From positions 44,121,081-44,185,080 of the forward strand of contig NC_068986.1 of NCBI RefSeq assembly GCF_001194135.2: DNA of 64,000 bases, read 5' to 3'. Numbering within the stretch: position 1 is the stretch's first letter; each line of letters begins with the position of its first letter. The notes under the pieces were generated by a model. That model had not been told where the DNA came from, did not search any database, and worked only from the letters and a program-made list of their open reading frames with translations. Below, piece after piece: positions 40,096-51,489 of the stretch. Both the position numbers and the translations under genes were made by a program. The stretch is from Octopus bimaculoides. Lineage: Eukaryota.

Positions 40096-40480
40096 TCTTG
40101 AGCTCTATCTTTTAAGAGACATATATATATATATCATCATCATCATCATCATCGTTTAACGTCCGCTTTCCATGCTAGCATGGGTTGGACGATTTGACTG
40201 AGGACTGGTGCAACCGGATGGCTACACCAGGCTCCAATCTAATTTGGCAGAGTTTCTACAGCTGAATGTTTGTGTGTCTATGTTTGTCCTCCCACCATCA
40301 CTTGACAACCGATGTTGGTGTGTTTACATCCCTGTAACTTAGCAGTTTGGCTAAAGAGACCAATAGAATAAGTACTAGGCTTACAGAGAATAAGTCCTGG
40401 GGGTCGATTCATTTGCCTAAAGGTGGTGCTCCAGCATGGCTGCAGTCAAATGACTGAAACAAGTAATAGAATAAAAGAAT
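39775..40480 (+). mobile_element. SINE family A interrupted in its internal microsatellite by extra sequence and an RTE 3'-end copy
   Basis: SINE 5' half 39775-39940, (TA)n tracts, RTE tail copy 40135-40265, SINE 3' half 40270-40480. Confidence 0.75.
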
Positions 40481-41127
40481 ATATATATTCAAACTGAAAC
40501 TTACAGCTCTCTGGCTTACTAGTTCCACTCAAACTGTCTAACCTATGCCAGTTTATCTGAGCCCATCCACAGATTTACAATATAGAATTGTGATGAACCA
40601 TAACCTTGAACTCTACTACCAAAAGATTACCAAGAGTTCTTCACTAATCTAAGTAATATTGTTAGCCTGGTGTGCCAACAGAGAGCTTATGAAGTATTTT
40701 GCCTGGATTGATAATTCCTCACTATTTGTTGGCTCGTCCTCCTAGCGTTCATAATAATTTTTCTATTGTCTTGGCTCAACAGCCCTCACCGTTTGTTTTT
40801 ACTGTCTTGTTAACACTTTCACCTTCCGCAAAAAATCCCAAATTTTATTTAATTTGCTTTGCGGGAAGGACTGTTTTAACAAAGTCATGTATTGTCCTTA
40901 CCTTCGAAACGTGGAGTAGATGAAACGGGGACAGCTGATGAAGGAGTATATTCTTTATGTTACATGTCTCGTTTCTCTGTTTGTTTTTTTCATTGTTCGA
41001 AAAAAAAAGTTTGTTTTCTATGTTTTCGTTTTTATGTTTGCGTTTCTCATTGTGTCTAACATTTTTTTGATGTCCTGTACCCATATATGCATGTATATAT
41101 ACATATATATGTAGGTATGTATATATG

Positions 41128-41182
<55 letters not shown>

Positions 41183-41185
<3 letters not shown>

Positions 41186-41326
41186 TGAAACCAGATGGCT
41201 ACACCAGGCTCCAATCTGATTTGGCAGAGTTTCTACAGCTGGAGTGGTTGGCGTTAGGAAGGGCATCCAGCTGTAGAAACTCTGCCAAATCAGATTGGAG
41301 CCTGGTGTAGCCATCTGGTTTCACCA
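41183..41326. repeat. Perfect 61-bp inverted repeat with a 22-nt loop
   Basis: 41183-41243 is the exact reverse complement of 41266-41326. Confidence 0.95.
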
Positions 41327-42571
41327 GTCCTCAGTCAAATCGTCCAACCATGGAAAGCGGACGTTAAACGATGATGATATACATACATATAGAATGATGA
41401 TGGTGAATACTTTAAAACTTATTCGTTATCTTTGTTACATTAGACTGTGATGTACCAAATATTCTATTTCTGCTTTTTGCATACCATTCCTGACCAGTGT
41501 TACAATTCTCCTCTCTGAGACTTGTTGACAGTTTGTGTACTAGACAATGTTTACAAACTGTCAAAATTACCTAAAAGCACTTAGTTCTGTGAGATTCTCT
41601 CTTATATTTTTCAATGTTGAAATTTGTTCTAATAGACTTTGACACATATTTATGTAACAATGACATTTACAGTTTCTTTTGCCATAATTGTTTCCCTAGT
41701 TTTGAAATGTTAACATACAAAACTAAACTGTAGACTAATAATAATTTCTATTCCATAGAAGTACTTGATATTGTGAAGTCATTGTACCCAAGATATGACC
41801 TTGTAAAAAGATGGTCCTTTTTTTAATAATATGGTCTATATAATTTTTTTTCTAATTGTAAAGGTAATGTGTTACATATGCCAATATTATCAATGTTATT
41901 GTCATCATCATTTAATGTCTATATGTCTATCTTCCACATTAGCATGGCTTTTATGGATTGACAGGATCTGACAGGTCTGAGGACAGCATTGTGCACCCAT
42001 GTCTGCTTCAGCATGGTTTCTTCAGTTGGATGTTTTTCCTTATGCCAACCACTTTGTAGTGTGTACTGAGTGTTTTGTTTGTGGCACCAGCACTAGTAAG
42101 GTTGCTGTGCAGCTTGCAGGGCTAAGATCCCCTTTAAGTGAATAGGGCTAGAGTAGAGAGGGAGGTGGCTTTTGATGCTTAGAGATGGGAGGTATGAAAG
42201 AAAGGACCAGAACAGGTTTCTTGCTGTAGTGAAGCTACATGGCTACTCACATTGTTACTGGTGATGAGGTTTCATTGTAAACCCTCAAGGTACAAGATGG
42301 GCAGAAGTGAGTGGGGGATAGTTGAATAGGGAGTGTGACTAGTTAGAGATTGGGTAGGGATGAGGGGAGTTCCAATACATTTAAATACATAAAATTTCAA
42401 TAGCTTTGTCTTTTCAGTTGACTTTATTCATTCCAATTGTTCTTGATCAGAGAAGAAATCAATGCTTTTACTCTTGAAAATTTAAATTCAATGTTTTAAT
42501 GCTTATGTGTTATAATAAATGAAACTTTTACTTGAACCTTCTCAAGGAAAATGTATGTAAAATTCTTTTAG

Positions 42572-42704
42572 ATATAAACCTGTGTTCCGAGTCAAAACCC
42601 AAACGAACTGGTCATACGCCAACTGCACCCCCATCACCTCATGGACATGGTACAACAAATGCTTACATGAAACCTCCTCCAATGCATATGAATCGGATAA
42701 GTCG
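42572..42704 (+). CDS. HNRNPC: hnRNP C/RALY-family gene, second coding exon (end of RRM plus Pro/His-rich linker)
   Basis: Acceptor ttctttta g|AT at 42571/42572 completes the phase-1 Asp codon and reads DINLCSESKPKRTGHTPTAPPSPHGHGTTNAYMKPPPMHMNRISR; hnRNP C has DINLAAEPK at this point. Probable donor CG|GTAAAA at 42705. This exon is absent from the ORF track. Confidence 0.88.
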
Positions 42705-45404
42705 GTAAAAAAAATTTGATGCTTATTTTCCTGTTAACAATTTTTAATTTGACTTTGTTGTGAAAAGTATATTTTTTCCTTGTATTTTTTTTAACTTTGT
42801 TACCAAGAAATATTATTAAATTTACTTTTGTTTAGCAACTACTATATTTTTTATGTCTTAAATAGGAAAAAATAAATTGTGAATCACCTATAACATTGTT
42901 AAATTATGCACATTCTTATTGTGACTTTATTACTCAACTGCCCATTTTTGTAGTTAAATATGAAATGAATTCACATGTATTTTTTTCTTTATCTTTGTTT
43001 CCCCTTTTTCTGTACCTAATGTTCAAATCTTATTCTATCAAAATCTGTACAGGTTAGAAATGATAATAGATCTTAGAGAATTGTTGGTGTGTGTGTGTAT
43101 AGATATATGTTATTAGAAGCTGAAACTTCACAAATCTTTAATGAGTTACTCATTTCCAATCTTATGTTTATAAAAAATGGAATATGCAAATGATATTTAA
43201 TAGATATCATAACCTTTCACTCGATAAAATGGAACAATAGGATTTTAATGGTAGATAATATACTTTTTATTTGAAAACTTATATGGTGGTGGTGATATGG
43301 AGCTGATTTGCTAGTTAAGGAGTGGGGAAAAAAATGATATAAAAAAAGCATAAGCAAAAAAACATATATATTAGAATTGTATAAAAATAATTTATAATCA
43401 CAGCTGTATAAAGAAAAAATATAACATTTATAATACTCCAAAAATGGAGGTAAAAGGATTACATATTTTCAGAATTCCTGAATTATTTGTTTGGCTATAC
43501 ACAGTTACAGGTAAATGTTTTGAAGCATGTCTGTAGGAGCCCCACATCTTGTACCTTTCATATAAACCATGCAAGTCTTGAAATAAGATGAAGTACTTCT
43601 CACTTTAGCAGAATCCACTACTCCTATTTGAGTGAAATATATTATGCCCATAAAGCAAGGAATGTTCTAGGATGGACCATTTGAATTTAGATTCAGTTGG
43701 ACTTGTTTCTTTTAAAAACCAATTATATTTGGGCAGACTTGTTGAAAACTTTTACAATCTAAATTCTTGAATGAGTGATAAGAATCAAGCCTTGAATGTA
43801 TTTTCAGTTTATACTATGTTAAGTTTTTGGTATACTGTTATTGTATAGTTGTACCTTAGTGCAATAAAAGCCAATTATCATTGAGAGGGCAGTTGTTTGG
43901 AGCAACACAATTACAGTTTGGAAAAGAGGCTGTATTTTTATGCCCCAAAGTCTTTGAACAATTGAGCTTACAGGATTTGTACAGCAGCTAGTTAACCTTA
44001 ACTGAACATCAGTTAAATATATGTTATGATATCTATGATTTGTAGGCAAATTAAAAGAAATGAAATTTAGGAAATCTTTAACACTATTAGTGTTAATTTA
44101 ATGCAAGGTGAATAAATAAGCATTACAGTTGACAATCTGAATCCTGCAGGCTAAAGTAATATCTACAAAACAAAGTACTAGTAATATTTGTATTAGCTGT
44201 TATTTGACCTATTTCATTAATAATTTATAGGATCTTCACTAAACCTATTTAGTTCATGACCTTTGTATATGTGTCAAAAAGACTGTCATTTCCATATTCA
44301 ACCACCTTGTATTCTCTCATTTTATTTTTTTTTCACCTAGGATGAGTTAGAAAACAAAACAGGATTCTCTTGCATTGATCTCAAATTGAGTAGATTTATG
44401 GTGCTCATTGTTAATTCTGCTCGACCACTTTATTAACATACTGTTATTTGATAATGAGAAGGATATTATGCTTTTTATTCTGAATACAATTGAATTTAGG
44501 ATATGATTTTTAACTCTTCCTGATTCAGTTTTTGTTGGGTATTTAGTACCTGTCTTTAGTAGAATTTGCTAGAAAAATTAACTCGGTGACCTTTAAAAGA
44601 TGCAAAGTGTACTGAGCTCAATGTTCTACTTTATCTTATATTAGGACTAGTGACAATTTCTCTAGCTTACAGCTTTATGTAGTTATATGTTTTGGTGCCA
44701 GATTTAAAAAAGAAAACTGTTAGTAATGTTAACAAGTAATTGTGTTATTACTGTTGTATATTTTTTTCTTTTATTTTTTGTCTAATGATAGGTAAATTTG
44801 GAATTTCACAACGATTAAAAATTCTTATTTAAAGAGTTTTGAAAGTTATGAACTTTCTGGAATCTTACTAATTTTATCAAATTGAAAAATGTGCTTCCAA
44901 GTCTTCAAAATATTTGCTTTGTTACTATATAATTCCAACTGGATAATGTCAGTAATTTTCAAAACTGTGTGACCTGTTGTCCATTATTTTTTTAAATAAT
45001 TAAAAATGTTTTAGTTGTTTCCCTTGCACAGTTAGATGTTTCTTTTTTTCATGTCACCGATTATAAATTTCTTTCCTTTAACTTGCTTTCATCTGCATGT
45101 TTCTACATTTTATATTTTTTTTTTTTTTCATAAATATATTTACCAGTCATAAGAATTTATAAACTTTTGAGAGAATGTAAAATAATTCTTTTCAGAATTA
45201 TACTAAGTTATAAATAGTAGCATGTAAATATAGGGTTGCAAAACCTCCTTTCGGACTGAAAATGTTGAAGGCTGCCCATGTAACCTGAACCCACATCTCC
45301 TGCAGACACGTCAGGCTTTCAACAATTGCAATCACTCCTTTGAATTTCTATTCATTTTAGAAACTTTATTTTTACTAGTGAGAATTATATATTGTTGGCA
45401 ACAC

Positions 45405-45632
45405 TTAAAAGTGCCTGTGTGGTGCCATGTAAAAGCACCCATGTGGTGCCATGTAAAAGCGGCCATGTGATATCATGTAAAAGCACCCATGCAGTGCCAA
45501 GTAAAAATGCCTGTGTGGTGTCATGTAAAAAGTGCCTGTGCAGCGCCATGTAAAAGTGCCCATACGATACCACGTAAAAGTGCCTGTGCCGTGCCACATA
45601 TAAGCACCTGTGTGGTGCCACATAAAAGCACC
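45405..45632 (+). repeat. 24-bp minisatellite inside an RTE 3' UTR copy
   Basis: About nine diverged units of ggtgccatgtaaaagcacccatgt, leading into the LINE 3' UTR and (GAT) tail at ~45783. Confidence 0.85.
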
Positions 45633-46219
45633 CAGCACACTCTGTAAAGTGGTTGGCATTAGGAAGGGCACTCAGCTGTAGAAACCATGCCAAATCAGAC
45701 TGGAGTCTGGTGCAGCCCCCAGCTTGCCAGATCTGGTCACACTGTCCAGCCCATGCCAGCATAGACAGTGGACGTTAAATGATAAGAATTTATAAACCTT
45801 CAAGAGAACATGAAATTTTTTTTTTTTTTGGTATAGTGTACACAATGCTATAAATAATAGCATGTAAATATTGGGTTTCTATCCAAAAGGGTTTTTCAAT
45901 TAAATATTTATATGCTTTATGTGTGCTTAGAGATCCACTATTCCAAAAGAACATTTACAAGAATATTTCCCTCTCCAGCTAACATATCCTGTCTCACTCT
46001 TATTCATATTTATCAAAGAACAGTTATGTTGCCAACCAATATGAATCTTATTGTTCCATTTCAAACTGATGACTCTATATGCCTTTTTTATTTTTCATTT
46101 TTTTATCTCAAGATGAGAATTGAGAATTTGGAGAAATGATTTGTGAAACTTCAGCTACTAATTAAATACATACTTTTACTTTCTCTTTTCTCCCTCTTAT
46201 TATTCACACTATAGTCTTT

Positions 46220-47780
46220 ACATATCATCGTTATCATCATCGTTTAACGTCTGTTTTCCATGCTGGCATGGGTTGGATAGTTCGACTGGGGTCTGGGAAG
46301 CCAGGAAGCTGCACCAGGCTCCAATCTGATCTGGCAGTGTTTCTACAGCTGGATGCCCTTCCTAATGCCAATGACTCTGAGAGTGTAATGGGTGCTTTTT
46401 ACATGCCACCGGCACAGGGGCCAGAAGGGGCTGGCATCGACCATGTTTGGATGGTGCTTTTATGTGCCACCAGCACGGGAGCCAGTTATAACAGCGCTGG
46501 CATTGGCCACATTTGAATGATGCTTCTTATGTGCCAGCGGCACGGGAGCCAGTTGGGGTGAGGGGGCTGGCATCAACTACGTTCAGATGGTGCTTTTTAT
46601 GTGTTACCAGCATGGGGAGCCAGATCGGCTGCACTGGCATCAGTCACAGCTACAATTTCCATTTGATTGTGGTTTGATTTGATTTTGATGTTGATGTACT
46701 TGACTCAGTAGGTCTCCTCAAGCACGGCATGTCGCCCTATGATCCAAAGGTACTTTTTTGAGTGGGCTGGTTATGCGACACTGGTGTAGGCTACAGCTGT
46801 GATCTCCCTTTTGGATTTAACTCTTATAAAAGCTTTTCTTTGTGTGTATATATACATACACGTACACTTACTTACATATTTCACTCTATCACTATTGACC
46901 AGTCTATTTATAGATTACTGATTACAATGCATTTCCATTGTTCTTTTGATTGTGTCCTTCTCTTCTATTTGCACCATCATCTTGGAGGTCTTCCAAGTGA
47001 TCTCTTCCAATCCTTTGGATACTACTCAACAACTACATAGGTTCACCTGTTGTCTGTAAGCCTTGCAACACATTTGATCCAATGGAATTTATGATTTTTC
47101 ATATTCTGTCATCACAGTGTTCATTCCACTCTGTTTTCAAATTACCTTATTTTCAATATGCTCCCCACCCCCCGTGATAGTCTTTTATTCATTCTAGAAG
47201 CTGTGTTAGAGTGAATATGTGGTCTGTCATGCTGTAGATCTTCCAAAAAACAAAAGGGATATGGTGTGACAGTTTTTCAGATCTTCTCAAGGGAATTAAG
47301 GAAAATGTTAGAGAAATGGGAGGCAATGAAAAGGAACATGGAATATCATTTTGTGTGTTCTGTTCTCTGCAAGGTAATGAGACAACATCTGGAAAGAAAT
47401 TTTAAGAAAGGGAGAAGGAAGAAGCTGCTGTGAGCTACAGAAAAGAGCAGAAGTTTAAAGAGATACTTGAGAGACAGATAACATTATGTAAGCTGGAGGC
47501 AATGGCACCCAAGAACAAAGATGTGCTCATTATGTTGGATATAATGGAGATGTAGGTAGTCTTTGATACCTTTTACACTAAATCTTTTCAAATCATCAGT
47601 GGCATCTGATCCTTCACTGATATGAGTGTTAAAAGAAGTGCATCCCATTTTGAATTAGTGCAATAGAGAATACTTTGATGCTAATGAAGAGAGATAAAAC
47701 ACTAGGAAAAGATGATATATCAATGAAAATGTTAAGGAGTCAAAGAGAACAGCTGTAGAAAATTCTTGTTCTGCATTACA
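46220..47780. mobile_element. Cluster of decayed RTE/LINE fragments
   Basis: RTE 3' UTR with internal tandem units (46220-46800), a minus-strand CVARLTDNR segment (~47050-47100), and a plus-strand pre-RT-like segment MKRDKTLGKDDISMKML (~47680-47740). Confidence 0.55.
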
Positions 47781-49084
47781 ATTGATATTTAAAAGAGGGA
47801 AAAGTGACACTTACTGTAGAAATCAAATATTGTGTGTGAATATATATATATATATATATATATAATAATATTATTAGGGACAAAATCCAAAATTACAGGT
47901 AAAAAACTCAATTAAAATCAATTTATAAAAAATTAAATTGAGCCTTATAGATAAAGTATATATATATATATATATATATAAAAGAAAGGGAGATGACAAT
48001 GGAATAAACGATTATCTTATGAACTTTGTTAGCTAACTTTGTCATGTCTTTTTCTTATTTCTGCTCTAAACTTGACTACTGCTTTGTTCAAAAGCATATG
48101 TTGAATCTACATCAGGTTATTAGTCTTGAAATACCTAAGTGAAATATGTATGTGTGTACTATTGAGTAAATATATGTTTGGATTTCTTCTATGTTTATCT
48201 TTAGAAATACCTTTCAAAAAAGTTGAATATTTAAAGCCATTTCCAGTAATTTGTGGATACCTGTTTTTGAAAGTTAATTTTATGCATTCATAAATAGATT
48301 TATTAAAACCAAAATAGGTTTCTCTTCATATAACACTGGTATTACTAATTTTTAGTTCAATATATGTAAACACCTTCAAGTTATACATCAATATACATTG
48401 AACTAGTCTTTCTATATATACTTTTAATGATGCTAAAATTTGAGACCATCATCACCATAACCTAAATGGGTGCTTACTGTTGTAAGCATTCAGGGCAGGT
48501 CTCCTGTCTGGGAACTTCTTCCTTTCCTCCCATCAGTCTCAGAAATACTAAAATGGGTCTTAGGTACTTATCTTTATCCTTTGATTAAGCTATGAAAAAG
48601 AAAGTCTGTTGTTACAAACATTAGTTGGCTACATCACTTTCTCTTTTATCTTTTTTCTTATGTACTACACATTAATTTATCAGTTAAAAATGATAACTTG
48701 ACATCAGAGAATATATATATATATATATCCTTCCTTTTATTTCACATTCTTCCTTTCATCTTTTCTTAAATTTAAAAATAAATTTTTCCTGTTTCAAAAT
48801 AGTTCTGGGCAAAAAAAAAAAAAAAAAGATTTAACTATATCATATTTTGAAGTTATTTGTAATATTTGAAAAGAAAAACTTCAAATTGTTTTGTATGTTT
48901 TAACAGTGTATAAATATTGAAATGATATTGGTTTCGCTTGATTTCTGTATAAGCAATTATTCAATTATTTCTTGGTATTCTGTATTATTATTATTGGAAT
49001 TGGTGTCAAGACATTTTTTCTGGTTTATAAGATCATCAGGAGGATAGATAAAATATTTCAACGATCTCATATCAATCATACATC

Positions 49085-49280
49085 CTTCATCATCATCATC
49101 ATCGTTTAACGTCCGCTTTCCATGCTAGCATGGGTTGGACGATTTGACTGAGGACTGGTGAAACCAGATGGCTACACCAGGCTCCAATCTGATTTGGCAG
49201 AGTTTCTACAGCTGGATGCCATTCCTAATGCCAACCACTTGGAGAATGTAGTGGGTGCTTTTACGTGCCACCAGCACGCA
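49085..49280 (-). mobile_element. Young RTE-type 3'-end insertion
   Basis: Same family consensus and (GAT)n tail as 36897. Confidence 0.8.
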
Positions 49281-50566
49281 GGCATGATTTAAAATTCTTT
49301 ATTGTTTGACCAAATATGCTTTCGGAATATTTTAGCTTTCTGCCACTAACTCTAAAGAATAGAAATTCAAGTCCCAAAACTGAAATGATATTGGGATTTA
49401 TTATGGTAGAATGTGATAAACCAAAGACTAAACTATGTTAAAATTTGTGTTCTGCACATGATATAGAGCAGGTTTGAGTAACCTTTTGTGAGAAGCAGGC
49501 CACATGAGACACAACTCTTCGTCAAGAAGGTTGCACTGATAAAAAAAATTCAAGGTAAAGAAGCAAAAATATTTTTTGCCACTTTTACTCATGACGTCTT
49601 CATACAGTTTTAGTAAAGCTGGAACTAGTGATATTATAATGCTAAAAATTTAACATGCTTTTCATTATTACCAATTCTTTTCTCTTGGTGTGGACTTAGA
49701 ATGTGAATGACTAGACTAGGAAAGAGATTTCATTGTTTAGAAGAAATATAATGTCTCAAAGAGGCATTAGATGAAAAGAATAGTTACACTTTACTGACCT
49801 GCATATTTTGTTCGAAATTAATTCAAAAGCAAAAGTAGAATCATTTCCACTTTTGCTTTTAGTTTGTATGTAATAGCAATACTTTTATGTATATGTCCAT
49901 GTATATATATGTGTACACACACACACACACACACACACACCAAGAGGTAAAAGGAATTAATAAATCCAGGCAGATATCTAGAAAAATGCTCAGTATTAAG
50001 CAAATTTGGTTGACTATATCAAACAGTCAAATACCAATAAATTCAAATAGAATTAACATCCAGGGTAATTTCTTATATATGACAAGTAAATCCAAATATT
50101 GCTTAAAAGAATTTTAAGAAATCCAGAGTATATGACATGAACAAGAATGGAGAAAATCTCATTTTTAATTGATCACTATACCACACATTATCAATGATCG
50201 TTTCTATTGTTCTAGCATATTTAGAAATTCTGTTTATTTTTTTACTCTTTCATTATCTACTGATGCCATCATAAGTTTAAATACTGTACTGACTTTTCTT
50301 CTTAACATTCTTTTTGTATGTGTTCATGTATTAGCAACGTTATTTCAGTTCACTTTGAATTTAGTCAGTTTTCGGTGACCTTGATAATGTTGTGTTGGCA
50401 TAAAATTTCGGATATATTGGTTTGACTGGTATTTTCTACTTTTTTTTTATATCTTAATATGCTGGCACAATGAAAATGATTGTTGGTAATGTATGATGTA
50501 GTCATCAATTAAAGATATGGTTTTCTCCATTCATTTATTTATACATATATATTTATATGTATGTAT

Positions 50567-50709
50567 CATCATCATCATCATTTAACGTCCACTTTCCATG
50601 CTAGCATGGGTTGGATGATTTGACTGAGGACTGGTGGACCAGGAGGCGACACCAGGCTCCAATCTGATTTGGCAGAGTTTCTACAGCTGGATGCCCTTCC
50701 TAACGCCAA
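50567..50709 (-). mobile_element. Young RTE-type 3'-end insertion with a 16-bp target-site duplication
   Basis: Flanked by atttatatgtatgtat at 50551-50566 and 50710-50725. Confidence 0.85.
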
Positions 50710-50724
50710 ATTTATATGTATGTA

Positions 50725-50919
50725 TTCGTAGAATGAGACTATAATATGGAGCTTTTTTTTTTTTTTTTTTTTTATGAATACCACTAGGTTAGTTGAAATC
50801 ATATATTGTGACTTGAATTTATTTATATGTATGTATGTATAAATTCAAGTCACAATATATGATTTCAACTAATCTAGTGGTACTCATAAAAAAAGCTCCA
50901 TAAAGTCTCATTCTACGAA
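50725..50919. repeat. Near-perfect palindrome (arms ~80-98 bp) around a (TATG)n spacer
   Basis: ttcgtagaatgagact...gtgacttgaatttat versus ataaattcaagtcac...agtctcattctacgaa; the arms differ mainly in poly-T length. Confidence 0.9.
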
Positions 50920-51456
50920 ACAGTATATAGTACAAGAGAAAACCATATATATACACATACACGTGTATGTGCATGTATGTGTGTGTAGACACACACGTGC
51001 AACATTAAAAACATTAATTCTAGTTATATACATGTACAGATATTTATGTTGCTTACATTTTATAACAGATCTTACCTAATAGATTTGTTTAATCTTATGC
51101 ACACAGAAAATTAAAAAAAGAATAGCCATGAAGTTAGAAATTAGTATCATTAAGAACAGAAATAATAGATTCTGTTAACTAAATGCTATGAGCTCAACCA
51201 GTATTTATTAATATTGTACTTGAAATTTTATAAATTACTAATTCTATCATTATCTCTAACTCTACAGCAATCTTCATCTCAATATACCTTTAGCTGATAT
51301 GAATCATTAGCAATATCAGTTCTATAAGAATAGGCAGCTATTTGGCTGACAACATTTAATAGAAATGTATATTGTTACAATGTTCTAATGATCTTTAAGA
51401 GCATATACTTCATACCATGTTTTAAGACATATGTTTTTAATTATTTATATATATAT

Positions 51457-51489
<33 letters not shown>

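Noticed and set aside
45405-45632. CRISPR-like repeat array
   Set aside because: Contiguous degenerate tandem units without unique spacers, in a eukaryotic LINE context.
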